Below, one piece after another: positions 1 through 9,839 of a DNA stretch of 64,000 bases. This stretch comes from a virus, in the IMG/VR virus record IMGVR_UViG_3300033182_000581, positions 94,492 to 158,491 of that record. One strand, given 5' to 3'. Each line of letters begins with the position of its first letter. Positions within the stretch are counted from its first letter, which is position 1. Under the pieces are notes generated by a model, which was given only the letters and a program-made list of their open reading frames with translations, ran no database searches and was not told the DNA's origin. A program made the position numbers and the translations under genes.

Positions 1-1083
1 AAATACACTGGAAATCCGGGCGATAAGTTAGTACATAAACACTATAAAAATATTGAAATTGAACTAATAGAACCTACAAATAAAGGATGGAAGGTATATC
101 AAAGTGTAGATGGTAAAAAACCAAAGATAAAATATTTTCATAAACAAGATATAGTAGGGAACACGGCTTTGTTCGAATCAGAACAATTAGATGAAAAACT
201 AATCACATTCTCAAACAGGTCACCCTACGGACAGATAGTCTTTATGGCAGGTGGTGCTGGTAGTGGTAAAGGATTCGCAATTGATAACTTTATTGATTCA
301 GCAGGATTCAAAGTAAGAGATGTTGATGAAATGAAAAAAGCAGTTGGTAAATTAGGCCAATTGGGTAAAATCTCAGTAGATGCTTGGTATAAGAAATTTG
401 GTAGTAAATTATCAGAAAAAGATAGAGCTCACGTCGAAGAGTTTGTATTGGGTAAGGGGATGAGTATTGCAGATGTTGCAGCTGATTTGAAAAACCCAAA
501 CAACGTAATGTCTCTACACCTAATCGTAGATGCAATGGGGTTGAAAGATAAATGGTTAATCAATATGTTAAAGGGTAAATCAAATAAAGAAACCCTACCA
601 AACCTATTGTTCGATATCACAGCAAAGAAGGTTGGTTCAATCACATCTGTAATCAAACCATTATTAGATGCCGGATATGAAGCTAACAACATTCACCTTA
701 TTTGGGTATTAACAAACTACCATTTGGCAGTTTCTCAGAATAAGAGTAGAGCGAGAGTTGTTCCTGATGATATCCTATTGTTAACACATGAAGGTGCTGC
801 TAAAACGATTTGGAGTATCTTAACTGGTGGACTACCAAAAGGATTGAATGGTAGAATCGATGTGATTCTGAACAACAGAGAAAATACAGTAATGTTCAAA
901 GATTCTAAAGGAAATGAAATGAAAGGTGCTGTGAAAGGATTCAAATCACTTCCTGTTAAGAAGCAGGGTGGTGGTATAATGCCAGAGAAGGTATGGAAGA
1001 AGATACTTTATGGTTGGATTTCAGATAACGGACCTAAGACTGTTGATTTACGCAAACCTTTAGACCAACAAATGAGTAAATAA
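1..1083 (+). CDS. P-loop kinase, zeta-toxin/AAA_33-like (5' end outside window)
   Basis: Walker A GGAGSGKG, then DVDE and a LWVLTN..AVSQNKSRARVVP lid-like segment. Frame is open from base 1, so the TTG start at 169 in the track is probably not the real start. Confidence 0.6.
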   Translation, partial: KYTGNPGDKLVHKHYKNIEIELIEPTNKGWKVYQSVDGKKPKIKYFHKQDIVGNTALFESEQLDEKLITFSNRSPYGQIVFMAGGAGSGKGFAIDNFIDSAGFKVRDVDEMKKAVGKLGQLGKISVDAWYKKFGSKLSEKDRAHVEEFVLGKGMSIADVAADLKNPNNVMSLHLIVDAMGLKDKWLINMLKGKSNKETLPNLLFDITAKKVGSITSVIKPLLDAGYEANNIHLIWVLTNYHLAVSQNKSRARVVPDDILLLTHEGAAKTIWSILTGGLPKGLNGRIDVILNNRENTVMFKDSKGNEMKGAVKGFKSLPVKKQGGGIMPEKVWKKILYGWISDNGPKTVDLRKPLDQQMSK

Positions 1084-1084
1084 A

Positions 1085-1216
1085 ATGGCAAAAGTTACAT
1101 CAAATTCGATAGAATCTAAGAGTAGAAAACGTAGAGGTAGGCACTCTAAGAAGAAAAGTTCAAATAATAAGAACTCTAAACACTATAAGAAGAAATACAG
1201 AGGGCAGGGTAGGTAA
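1085..1216 (+). CDS. small basic protein (43 aa, Lys/Arg-rich)
   Basis: Read by hand: MAKVTSNSIESKSRKRRGRHSKKK...YRGQGR; starts right after the upstream stop. Confidence 0.55.
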   Translation: MAKVTSNSIESKSRKRRGRHSKKKSSNNKNSKHYKKKYRGQGR

Positions 1217-1222
1217 TAAAAC

Positions 1223-1278
1223 TTAACAATTTCTTAACATTAAAGGCTTGGTAATACCAGGCTTTTTTTGTATCTTTA
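1223..1278 (+). promoter_or_regulatory. class I promoter cassette, copy 1 (with embedded hairpin/U-tract)
   Basis: TTAACA-N5-TTAACAT, CTTGG, TATCTTTA; hairpin AAAGGCTTGG-TAATA-CCAGGCTTT followed by T-run. Confidence 0.75.
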
Positions 1279-1300
1279 CTATGTAAAAGAGAGATAAGTT

Positions 1301-1648
1301 ATGAATTATTTAGTTGACCCACAAAGTTTAGTTTTCAACTCTCACCGAATTAATGGTTTCACCAAAATGATTGGTGATGAAAAAATCCACCAATGGGAGT
1401 TGTTGGATATCGCAACTGAAGTTGCTGAAGAATGGACTAACGATTGGCCTGAGGACCAGGGATTCGGTTCTTCAGATATGACCTATATGATTAAGGACTT
1501 CATTGATAATGTGATTACTTCAGTTTATATGAAGAATGGTATGAGTAGTAGTATGTATATGACCAAATTTACTCCTTCTCTCTCAGTAGTTCCTTACTCT
1601 GAAGAGGAGCATCACAATAAGGTTCAACAAATGGAAAGTGGAATTTAA
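1301..1648 (+). CDS. hypothetical protein
   Basis: 115-aa ORF directly behind the cassette; its stop lies inside the next cassette. Confidence 0.75.
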   Translation: MNYLVDPQSLVFNSHRINGFTKMIGDEKIHQWELLDIATEVAEEWTNDWPEDQGFGSSDMTYMIKDFIDNVITSVYMKNGMSSSMYMTKFTPSLSVVPYSEEEHHNKVQQMESGI

Positions 1649-1699
1649 CAATTTAATAACATTAAAATTTGGTTATATCAAAAATAAGTGTTATATTAG
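1645..1699 (+). promoter_or_regulatory. class I promoter cassette, copy 2
   Basis: TTAACA 1645, TAACAT 1657, TTTG 1668, TATATTAG 1692. Confidence 0.75.
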
Positions 1700-1728
1700 T
1701 ACTGTAATTGAGAGTTAAGAGTTATAAA

Positions 1729-2328
1729 ATGAAAAATATGAAAAATATGAAAAATCCAAAGAAATTTAAGTTTGAGTTAGAAGGTGTAATGTTTGAATTA
1801 CCAATCAAATTCCTAAAGAAAGTAGATTGGAATGGTAATCCACTTCCAAAAGCTAAAATCAATATGAACCATGTGGCTGCTGCTAATGTGGTTAAACAAT
1901 ATGTTAAAAAGAAATACCCAAATGTTGTGGTGAGTTCATCATCAGATTCTTTCTCTATGGGTAACTCAGTTAATATTTACATCTCAGATGAGTATGGTAA
2001 CGGAGTTGATGAATCAATTATCAAAGATGTTGACCGATTCGGTTCTCAGTTTGAATATGGTCAGTTCAATGGTATGATTGATATGTACGAACATCACAAC
2101 AAAGATGTACGAACTGATAATGGTACTGAAATCGATTATGGTGTTAAGTACCTTCATGTTCAGAATCGACCAAAGTTCTGTACTGTTCCTGATATTGTTC
2201 GAATGATTAAAGATATGATGGCTGGTAAATATGTTTACGGACCAATCTCTTTAGAGAAAGCTATCGGTGAGGTTAAAGGTTATGGTGGTACTGAAAATAA
2301 CATCAAAAAAGCCCTTCAATTAATTTAA
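1729..2328 (+). CDS. LPD29-like (large polyvalent protein domain) protein, paralog 1
   Basis: KKKYPNVVVSSSSDSFSMGNSVNIY resembles the LPD29 K-FP-VKFSV-S--YSGG-SI-V motif; paralog at 12123. Confidence 0.55.
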   Translation: MKNMKNMKNPKKFKFELEGVMFELPIKFLKKVDWNGNPLPKAKINMNHVAAANVVKQYVKKKYPNVVVSSSSDSFSMGNSVNIYISDEYGNGVDESIIKDVDRFGSQFEYGQFNGMIDMYEHHNKDVRTDNGTEIDYGVKYLHVQNRPKFCTVPDIVRMIKDMMAGKYVYGPISLEKAIGEVKGYGGTENNIKKALQLI

Positions 2329-2379
2329 CAATTAAATAACATTAAAATTTGGAAATTACAATAATATTTCGTATATTAG
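2325..2379 (+). promoter_or_regulatory. class I promoter cassette, copy 3
   Basis: TTAACA 2325, TTTG 2348, TATATTAG 2372. Confidence 0.75.
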
Positions 2380-2397
2380 TATTGTAATAAGAGAGAT

Positions 2398-2751
2398 ATG
2401 AAACAAAAAACTATTTTCAGCGATATTGATGGGACTCTTGTCCATCAAGTACCATTCGAACAAATCGACCCATTCCTTTCAATTGCGCTACCAGGTGTTG
2501 TTGAAACATTCACTCGATTGTTCAAAGAAGGACACCACATCGTTTTAACAACTGCACGACCTGAAAGTTTGCGTGATTTAACTATTCAGGAGATGGATTT
2601 GTTGGGTATTCCATTCCACCAATTGGTGATGGGTATCGGACGTTCTGAACGTATCCTAATCAACAACAAAAGTGTAGAGAATCCATCAGAAGTTCGTGCT
2701 ACTGCGATTGAAGTAGAAAAAGATGGTGGCATCGAAGGTTACGGATTGTAA
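2398..2751 (+). CDS. HAD-superfamily phosphatase (small, PNKP-like)
   Basis: Motif I DIDGTL, motif II LTTAR. Confidence 0.75.
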   Translation: MKQKTIFSDIDGTLVHQVPFEQIDPFLSIALPGVVETFTRLFKEGHHIVLTTARPESLRDLTIQEMDLLGIPFHQLVMGIGRSERILINNKSVENPSEVRATAIEVEKDGGIEGYGL

Positions 2752-3065
2752 TGAAAACGATAGTAGTACATACACCAAAGCGGTGTAGGAAACCTAAGAT
2801 AGATGTATTTGATGACCATATAGATAAGGTTAACAATCCACGCTCTAAAAAATACCTACCCGAAGATACAACCATTCACGCAATGGGTATGGGTGGTGAT
2901 GGGTTGATTGCATACTATAAAGAAAAGTTCTTTGGTATCAAACGAACACCGTTATCTACACCTAAGAAAGTAACTAAGCAAAAGGTTGATAAATCAGAGT
3001 TAAAGAAAGCTTTAAAGAAACAAAAACAATTCCTAAACGGAAAAGTTGATAAATCTTTTTGGTAA
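2751..3065 (+). CDS. hypothetical protein
   Basis: ORF translationally coupled to the upstream gene (TAATG). Confidence 0.65.
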   Translation: MKTIVVHTPKRCRKPKIDVFDDHIDKVNNPRSKKYLPEDTTIHAMGMGGDGLIAYYKEKFFGIKRTPLSTPKKVTKQKVDKSELKKALKKQKQFLNGKVDKSFW

Positions 3066-3089
3066 TCTCAAAAATTATTTGTATATTTG
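3058..3089 (+). promoter_or_regulatory. Bacteroidota-type sigma70 promoter (class II)
   Basis: TTTG-N20-TATATTTG. Same geometry at 6844, 18407, 21717, 22638, 23786, 36121 and 56603; variants at 17327 and 30266. Confidence 0.75.
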
Positions 3090-3093
3090 TATT

Positions 3094-3267
3094 ATGAGTT
3101 TAACTAAACGTTGGATAGAAGAGCAGAAAATGATGGGTAATGACCCACTCCACGAGGAACATGAAGATTTTGTGGATGAAGATTATCAGTATCGTGAATG
3201 GTGTTATTATTCTAACCTACCATCTCCTGAAATGTATGATGATGGTGAAGAACAAGATATTGAATGA
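3094..3267 (+). CDS. acidic hypothetical protein
   Basis: ATG just after the class II promoter; the longer start in the track overlaps the promoter. Confidence 0.6.
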   Translation: MSLTKRWIEEQKMMGNDPLHEEHEDFVDEDYQYREWCYYSNLPSPEMYDDGEEQDIE

Positions 3268-3608
3268 GAGAATTGATTATGGGTATGGGCCTAATATTCG
3301 TAGGCCAGATGTTGATTTGGTATCAAACCAATGGACAGTTTGTATGGAAATGGTTTAAACACCATCCACTACTTCTTGCCATTGGATTTGGTACTATAAT
3401 CTCATATTTACTAATTTGGGGTACACGTTTTACTGTATCTTACTTTGATGGATTACTATGGCCAGGTAGATTTATAGCATTTGGAATGGGTATCATTTCA
3501 TTTACGTTTCTGACGTGGGGTTATATGGGTGAGGGTATCACTACAAAAACATTGGTGTCATTGGTATTGGCAACATCGTTGGTTTTTATTCAGATATTAT
3601 GGAAATAG
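3264..3608 (+). CDS. small multi-pass membrane protein (EamA/SMR-like size)
   Basis: About four hydrophobic segments in 114 aa. Confidence 0.65.
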   Translation: MRELIMGMGLIFVGQMLIWYQTNGQFVWKWFKHHPLLLAIGFGTIISYLLIWGTRFTVSYFDGLLWPGRFIAFGMGIISFTFLTWGYMGEGITTKTLVSLVLATSLVFIQILWK

Positions 3609-3835
3609 AAAAAATAAGAAATCTAAGAGAATCTACCAAAATGCAACAAATCCATATGATTAACCATATTTGGGATATTATATGGAAAAGTGGGGATACA
3701 AAAGGTATCCCACAATGGAGAGATAGAAATAGATTATATAAATTAGATACGAAATTAAAAAAAGAATCATATTTATTAACGTACAAAGACTTCCAATTTT
3801 TGGATAGTATGTACCAAAAGTATATAAGAATTTAA
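3599..3835 (+). CDS. hypothetical protein
   Basis: ORF in tight operon packing. Confidence 0.55.
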   Translation: MEIEKIRNLRESTKMQQIHMINHIWDIIWKSGDTKGIPQWRDRNRLYKLDTKLKKESYLLTYKDFQFLDSMYQKYIRI

Positions 3836-3846
3836 ATTATATTAAA

Positions 3847-4065
3847 ATGAAAACAATTACAAATGCACTTTTAGGTGTATCCTTAGTAATCTCATTGGCA
3901 ATCATCGCAGCATTGATTTTCGCAACACCCGTATGGTTGATTTGGAATCTCGTAGTAGTAGATGTATTCAATGCACCACATTTATCATTTTTTGATACAC
4001 TATGGATTATGTTAATGATTCGATTTATCATTCCATCTGAAACTAAAACTAAAGAAAGTAAGTAA
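3847..4065 (+). CDS. small membrane protein
   Basis: Two hydrophobic stretches. Confidence 0.6.
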   Translation: MKTITNALLGVSLVISLAIIAALIFATPVWLIWNLVVVDVFNAPHLSFFDTLWIMLMIRFIIPSETKTKESK

Positions 4066-4066
4066 G

Positions 4067-4675
4067 ATGAAGAAAGGTGATATCATGCCAAATGGATTTG
4101 TGCTGGGTAAGGGGAGAACTCCATTAAACCTTACTGAAGCTCAGATTCGTTATGCTATGAAGAACTCTAAATCAAATAGTGGTGCGGCTCGATTCTTAAA
4201 TGTATCCCTTACTACATATGAAAAGTATGCGAGAAGATACATTGATGAAGAGAGTGGAAAAGATTTGTGGGATTTACAAAAGAATAAAAGGGGTAAGGGT
4301 GTAAAAAAACCATACAATGTAACAAAAGGTAAATACGCTCTTAAAGATATCTTAGATGGTAAGTATCCTAAATATTCAGTACACCAACTGAAGAATCGAT
4401 TATTGAACAACGCAGATAAAGTAGATTTCAAATCATGTTGTCATAATTGTGGATATGAAGAGAAACGAATAACCGATGATAAGATTCCTTTGATATTAGA
4501 CCATATCGATGATGATTGGACTAATCACCTCAGAGAAAATCTTAGATTCTTATGTTACAATTGTTTCCACAATTTAAAAGGAAATATCAGAGGTGGACAA
4601 CCTCAATGGAGAGTAGAACAGGTTCAAAAAGCAAAAGAAACTATAAAACGTAAAAACAACAAAAAAGAGGAATAA
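4067..4675 (+). CDS. HNH endonuclease with N-terminal HTH-like region
   Basis: CHNC...LILDHIDDDWTNHLRENLRFLCYNC HNH/zinc motif; N-terminal SNSGAARFLNVSLTTY looks like an HTH. Confidence 0.75.
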   Translation: MKKGDIMPNGFVLGKGRTPLNLTEAQIRYAMKNSKSNSGAARFLNVSLTTYEKYARRYIDEESGKDLWDLQKNKRGKGVKKPYNVTKGKYALKDILDGKYPKYSVHQLKNRLLNNADKVDFKSCCHNCGYEEKRITDDKIPLILDHIDDDWTNHLRENLRFLCYNCFHNLKGNIRGGQPQWRVEQVQKAKETIKRKNNKKEE

Positions 4676-4678
4676 GTT

Positions 4679-6286
4679 ATGGGTAAAGAAATCTTTCACG
4701 GAAAAGAAAGTAGGGAAAAATTACTAAAGGGTGTAAACGAGTTAGCTAATGCAGTATGTGTAACTTTGGGCCCGCGTGGTAGGAATGTCATCATTGAAAA
4801 GGAAGGAACACCTCACATTACAAAAGATGGGGTTACTGTCGCAAAGTCTATTGAATTTACGGACTCCACTAAAAACTTGGGTGCACAAATCATCAAAGAA
4901 GCATCTCAACAAACCGCTGATAACGCCGGTGATGGTACAACCACATCAACCGTGTTGGCTCAACACATTTTCAACGAAGGTATGAGAGCAGTTGAGAGTG
5001 GTGCAAATCCTATTGAATTGTATAGGGGAATGCAGATTGGTGTTAAAGATATTGTAGATTCTTTGGTAAAGAATGTATCATTGAGTGTAAAAACCAATGA
5101 AGCAATTAAAAACATCGCAACTATCTCAGCAAATGGTGATGAGGAAATCGGTGGAATTATTGCAGAAGCAATTCATCAGGTTGGTAATGATGGTGTAGTT
5201 ACCGTTGAAGAAGGTAACAACAATGAAACCACTTTAGAAATTGTAGAAGGTTTAGAATTCGATAAAGGGTATCTATCTCACTTCTTTATGAACAATCAAT
5301 CGAAATTGGCGTGTATTCTAAATGAACCACAAATTCTATTGTATGATGGTTCGGTAAACAATATGGATGATATCATTGGTATCTTAGAGAAGGCATCTAT
5401 GAGTAATTCTCCGATTGTAATTATCGCCCACGATGTACAAGGTGATGCATTGGCATCTATGGTTGTAAACTCAGCAAGAGGTACATTACAATGTTTGGCA
5501 GTGAAAGCACCTGGCTTTGGTGGTGAACGTACTGAGATTATGAAGGATATGGCTGCGTTGACGGGTGCAACCCTAATCACATCAGAAATGGGATTAACAT
5601 TGGAAGATGTTACTGAAGAACATTTGGGGAGTTGTGATAAAGTAGTATCTGATAAAACTAAAACATCAATCATTGGTGGACATGGTGAGAACGAAGATAT
5701 TGAGAATCGTATTACTATTATCAAAGCAGAGAAAGAGAAATCCGAATCTGATTTTGAAAAGGATAAACTACAAACTCGTCTATCAAAACTATCAGGTGGT
5801 GTGGCAGTTATCAAAGTAGGAGCAGAATCTGAGGTTGAGTTGAAAGAAAAGAAAGATAGAGTAGATGATGCTATTCTATCAACCAAAGCAGCACTGGAAG
5901 AGGGTATTGTACCAGGTGGTGGTGTTGCACTAATTCATTCTCGTAATATTATCAAAGAAAGACGTGGTGGATTATCTGATGATAGGAATAAAGGTATCGA
6001 TATTATTGAATCAGCATGTGAGGCACCATTTAGAGCTATTGTTAAAAACGCAGGGTTATCATCAGATTCACTATTAGATAAGTTGAATAATTCACCAAAA
6101 CCAAATCCACAAATCGGATATAATGTAGTATCAGAAGAGTTTTGTGATTTGATTGAAGCTGGTGTGGTAGACCCTACAAAGGTAACGAGAACTGCAATTG
6201 AGAAAGCAGTATCAGTAGCAGGTACATTACTTACTACTGAGTGTATGGTGGTTAATGAACCATCGGATGATAATGAAAAATCTTAA
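4679..6286 (+). CDS. groEL: chaperonin GroEL (Cpn60)
   Basis: VTLGPRGRNV, TKDGVTVAK, GDGTTT, KAPGFG, EGIVPGGG, GVVDPTKV; no C-terminal GGM tail. Confidence 0.98.
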   Translation: MGKEIFHGKESREKLLKGVNELANAVCVTLGPRGRNVIIEKEGTPHITKDGVTVAKSIEFTDSTKNLGAQIIKEASQQTADNAGDGTTTSTVLAQHIFNEGMRAVESGANPIELYRGMQIGVKDIVDSLVKNVSLSVKTNEAIKNIATISANGDEEIGGIIAEAIHQVGNDGVVTVEEGNNNETTLEIVEGLEFDKGYLSHFFMNNQSKLACILNEPQILLYDGSVNNMDDIIGILEKASMSNSPIVIIAHDVQGDALASMVVNSARGTLQCLAVKAPGFGGERTEIMKDMAALTGATLITSEMGLTLEDVTEEHLGSCDKVVSDKTKTSIIGGHGENEDIENRITIIKAEKEKSESDFEKDKLQTRLSKLSGGVAVIKVGAESEVELKEKKDRVDDAILSTKAALEEGIVPGGGVALIHSRNIIKERRGGLSDDRNKGIDIIESACEAPFRAIVKNAGLSSDSLLDKLNNSPKPNPQIGYNVVSEEFCDLIEAGVVDPTKVTRTAIEKAVSVAGTLLTTECMVVNEPSDDNEKS

Positions 6287-6842
6287 AAAGTTAATATACC
6301 AATATAAGTTCCTCAAACTTGAGTTGGATGATAGGAAGGATGAGCACTCAGAACTCTCAACAGAGTTCGAGTCTCTCTTTTCCGATATCATACCAAAGCA
6401 GGATTTTAACGAAGAAGAGATTGTAAAAGAAACACTCAGTAAAGAAAATGTGGAAAAAAAACCACAACCTGAGATTGATGATAAGGTAAAGAAGATTTAC
6501 AAAGATGTGGCTAAGAAGTTACATCCAGATAAAGGTGGTGATGAAAATACATTCAAAGAGTTGAATGATAGGTACAAAGCAAACGATTTATTGGGTGTGG
6601 TTGAATTGGCTACTGAAAATAATGTTGAGTTTGATATCTCAGAAGAAGATGAAGCACATTTGATTGATACAATCACTCAGATGAATAAAAAAATCGAACA
6701 TTATAAAACAACGTTGGCATATGTTTGGAAGTATGGTAATCAGATGCAGCGATATGGTGTACTACAAACACTGGCTCAACACTTAGGTAAAAAAATTGAT
6801 ATAGAAGAACTGAACGAAGATATTCGTAATATGTTAAAATAA
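6273..6842 (+). CDS. J-domain (DnaJ-like) protein
   Basis: KKIYKDVAKKLHPDKGGDENTFKELN contains the HPD motif; gene overlaps the end of groEL. Confidence 0.8.
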   Translation: MKNLKKLIYQYKFLKLELDDRKDEHSELSTEFESLFSDIIPKQDFNEEEIVKETLSKENVEKKPQPEIDDKVKKIYKDVAKKLHPDKGGDENTFKELNDRYKANDLLGVVELATENNVEFDISEEDEAHLIDTITQMNKKIEHYKTTLAYVWKYGNQMQRYGVLQTLAQHLGKKIDIEELNEDIRNMLK

Positions 6843-6895
6843 ATTTGGTAAATTAGAAATTAAGTTGTATATTTGTATCAAACAAACACAAAAAA

Positions 6896-7147
6896 ATGAA
6901 AACAATTAAAAAATTTGGCAAGAAGATTCGTTACTCAATTGATGGAGTAAATGGTTCATGGATGGTAGTTGAAGAAGGTGGTGAACAATGGGTTCATGCT
7001 ACTAAAAAGGATATGAAAATTCCAAATATTAAAACCCAACCATTACTTTGTAATCGTAAGGGTATGTGGGATTTGTTAATTCACTTTGGTTGTGATAAAT
7101 CAGAGTTGAATGAAGTGTTCAGAAAAGAGGTGAATGAATCTGTTTAG
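6896..7147 (+). CDS. hypothetical protein
   Basis: ORF behind the class II promoter at 6844-6875. Confidence 0.65.
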   Translation: MKTIKKFGKKIRYSIDGVNGSWMVVEEGGEQWVHATKKDMKIPNIKTQPLLCNRKGMWDLLIHFGCDKSELNEVFRKEVNESV

Positions 7148-7284
7148 AAATACTATTTTTGATAATACAGCGAAAGTAGAACAAAATAATTTCTTCCAAT
7201 ATTCAAATATACTAATACCTTTAAACCTTAATACAAAACTTACCATATTTATATGGGAAAGATTGTACGAAGAGTATGATATAA

Positions 7285-7689
7285 ATGAAAGTAGTTTGCG
7301 GAATACTGATATGGAATGATAAAGTTCTGATTGGTAAGCGGTTAGATAGTAACACTATTTATCCAGGTAAATGGGAATTTCCTGGTGGTAAGGTGGATGA
7401 AGGTGAAACTGTTGATGATGCACTTATCAGAGAGTTCAAAGAAGAGTTAGATATTGATATCTACCCATTCCACGAATTTAGAACATTATCAGAGGGCGAT
7501 TTAGAGTTTACTCCTATGCCTGTGAAACTTAGAGGTGGAAAAGCAAAACTACTTGCACATGAGGAAATTAAATTTGTAGATAAGAAGGAATTCTTTGAAA
7601 TGGATTTAACACCACTAAGTAAGGAAGCAGGTCAAATATTATTTGATTCATATAGTATATTTTTAAGGAAGGAGAAACCAAATGTTTAA
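7285..7689 (+). CDS. mutT: NUDIX hydrolase (MutT-like)
   Basis: Nudix box [24 protein letters not shown]. Confidence 0.85.
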   Translation: MKVVCGILIWNDKVLIGKRLDSNTIYPGKWEFPGGKVDEGETVDDALIREFKEELDIDIYPFHEFRTLSEGDLEFTPMPVKLRGGKAKLLAHEEIKFVDKKEFFEMDLTPLSKEAGQILFDSYSIFLRKEKPNV

Positions 7690-7903
7690 GAAGTTCGCCC
7701 GCAAGTTTTCTAATTGGAAAGCGGAAGAAAAAAAGTTAGAGAAAGAGCAAATCGTAGAAGATTTTGAAGATTTAAGTGGTAGTTGGTATGAGAGTGCAGG
7801 TAGTGTATTTGTATCTCAGAGAGAATTGGAAAGAGAATTATTCAATCCAAACGATAGAAGTATAAACTCAGAAAAAAATGAAGGTACAAAACATAATCAT
7901 TGA
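7682..7903 (+). CDS. hypothetical protein
   Basis: ORF overlapping its neighbours. Confidence 0.55.
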   Translation: MFKKFARKFSNWKAEEKKLEKEQIVEDFEDLSGSWYESAGSVFVSQRELERELFNPNDRSINSEKNEGTKHNH

Positions 7904-8138
7904 AGATGATAAAATCATCATCGTAAACTCAGAAGGTGGCCAACACCACATTTATAATAATGAAGTTAGAGGTGCTCATAAAACATGGGTTGATAACATC
8001 AAAGCATGTGCTTTATCTCTAATGAATGATTACGAACAAAAAGATAATTTTGAATTTCAAGATTGGCAAAACACTCTGTTGGATGGGATGGATGGTTTAG
8101 ATGGGTTTGATGGATTTACAGATATCTTTGAAAGTTGA
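7878..8138 (+). CDS. hypothetical protein
   Basis: 86-aa ORF. Confidence 0.6.
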   Translation: MKVQNIIIEDDKIIIVNSEGGQHHIYNNEVRGAHKTWVDNIKACALSLMNDYEQKDNFEFQDWQNTLLDGMDGLDGFDGFTDIFES

Positions 8139-8194
8139 ATAAAAAGAAATATTTACATATTTATATACAAAGTAAAGTATTATAGGACATTAAT

Positions 8195-8716
8195 ATGGCA
8201 GCACAACAATCAATTACAGAAGTTGAACTTTCCGAATATCAAGCAAGTGTATTCGTTGAGGCAGAAAATATACTAAGAAACGATGGTTACTTAGGTGAAG
8301 ATTTATTTGAAGATACATACGTCATTCAAAAGGCGATGGTTGAATATATCGTTTTAAATATAACTGATATAGGTACATCGGCAGAGATTTCATCAGATGC
8401 AAGACAAGTTTATAATGGTATACTTGATATTGTAGAAACTGCAGTAGAACCAACACCAACACCATCACCATCACCATCTTCACCTCGTAGAACTGGTTCA
8501 CCTGTTAAGAGTAGACGACCCATACTAGTAGGAGCCGGAACTGCAGTACCTGCCGCTGTCGATGGGTCTGGTGTAACTCAAGTTATACAACAAAATTTAC
8601 AAAAGGCAAGAAACAATAATTCACCAACTACCGGAGTTGTGAAAACTGGTGGTAAAGTACCACGTACTGGTGGTAAAGGACTATTTAAAAATAAAAATCA
8701 ATTAAGAACACTATAA
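8195..8716 (+). CDS. hypothetical protein with Pro/Ser/Thr-rich linker and basic tail
   Basis: PTPTPSPSPSSP linker; preceded by ATATTTAT (8157) and AGGA RBS. Confidence 0.7.
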   Translation: MAAQQSITEVELSEYQASVFVEAENILRNDGYLGEDLFEDTYVIQKAMVEYIVLNITDIGTSAEISSDARQVYNGILDIVETAVEPTPTPSPSPSSPRRTGSPVKSRRPILVGAGTAVPAAVDGSGVTQVIQQNLQKARNNNSPTTGVVKTGGKVPRTGGKGLFKNKNQLRTL

Positions 8717-8734
8717 TACTAAAACGAATAAGTT

Positions 8735-9463
8735 ATGAATTTTTTAAAGAAGTTATGGAAATCATCTAAAGGTGAAGTAAAAGAAGTGCAGCCAGAAACG
8801 AATCCAACTCCTACCGAAGAATGGATTCAGATTCCTAAAATTATACATCAGATTTGGATTGGTGATGACCCAATGCCAGAACATTGTGTTGAATTCACTC
8901 AACAAATGCAAGAACTCAATCCTGATTATGAATATCGATTGTGGGGTAATGAGATTTTTGATGAAGTTTATAAAGATGATGTATTCCTAAAATACTATCG
9001 AACTGACCCAACTGTCTATAAATGGGCGTTTATCGCGGATAGAATCAGATTATTATTACTTAGAGATTATGGTGGTATCTATTGTGATGTAGATGCAAAA
9101 CCAATTCAATCATTCGATGTGGTTAGAGATAAACTAAAACCACATCATACCTTTTTCTCAGGTATGAAACCATCACAAGAGAACAATACATTAGTAGATT
9201 GTACAGTTTATGGTTCAGCACCCAATTCACGCATTATTAACCTTTGTTTGGATACATACACAAATATAGAATGGGCGAATGGGTGTAGAATGTTCTCAGA
9301 TAAAATCATAGAAGAATGTGATTCTGATGTTGCACTATTTAATTACAAATATTTCTATGATAGTAAAATCACCGATGATACAGTAGTTTTGCATGATGTA
9401 GAAGATACGAGGTTGATTAGTTGGGCATTTAGTGATGAGGACAGAAAAAGAGAAAATTGGTAA
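8735..9463 (+). CDS. glycosyltransferase family 32 (OCH1/DXD sugar-binding type)
   Basis: IPKIIHQIW, ADRIRLLLLRDYGGIYCDVD. Confidence 0.88.
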   Translation: MNFLKKLWKSSKGEVKEVQPETNPTPTEEWIQIPKIIHQIWIGDDPMPEHCVEFTQQMQELNPDYEYRLWGNEIFDEVYKDDVFLKYYRTDPTVYKWAFIADRIRLLLLRDYGGIYCDVDAKPIQSFDVVRDKLKPHHTFFSGMKPSQENNTLVDCTVYGSAPNSRIINLCLDTYTNIEWANGCRMFSDKIIEECDSDVALFNYKYFYDSKITDDTVVLHDVEDTRLISWAFSDEDRKRENW

Positions 9464-9465
9464 TT

Positions 9466-9834
9466 ATGGATTCTATAAAGAAGTATTACGAACTATTTGG
9501 TGATGGTGAAGAAAAATCCATCAGTAGAAAAGATTTCGGTGAAATCCTCAAACAAAAACTCAAAGAAATTGAAGAAGAAAAATCCAATCTATTAGAACAT
9601 ATAATGGAATGGTATCCAGATAACCAATTCATAAAAGCAGATGGGTTAGATGACGCAATCATTGGAGTAGATATCAACGATTTAAGATTGATATATTCAC
9701 AAAAAAAAGTGATGGATATTTTAATTAGTAGAGATGGTATGGATGAAGAAGAAGCACATGAATACTTTATGTTTAAGTTTCATTCAGCATATGTAGGTGA
9801 TAGAACTCCGATTTGGTGTATGGATGAATACTAA
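9466..9834 (+). CDS. conserved phage hypothetical protein
   Basis: KADGLDDAIIG...EEAHEYF...AYVGDRTP, a pattern I recognise as common in large phages. Confidence 0.7.
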   Translation: MDSIKKYYELFGDGEEKSISRKDFGEILKQKLKEIEEEKSNLLEHIMEWYPDNQFIKADGLDDAIIGVDINDLRLIYSQKKVMDILISRDGMDEEEAHEYFMFKFHSAYVGDRTPIWCMDEY

Positions 9835-9839
9835 TAGAT

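Noticed and set aside
1729-1755. ATGAAAAAT x3 repeat at the gene start
   Set aside because: Short AT-rich microrepeat that only makes the start codon ambiguous.
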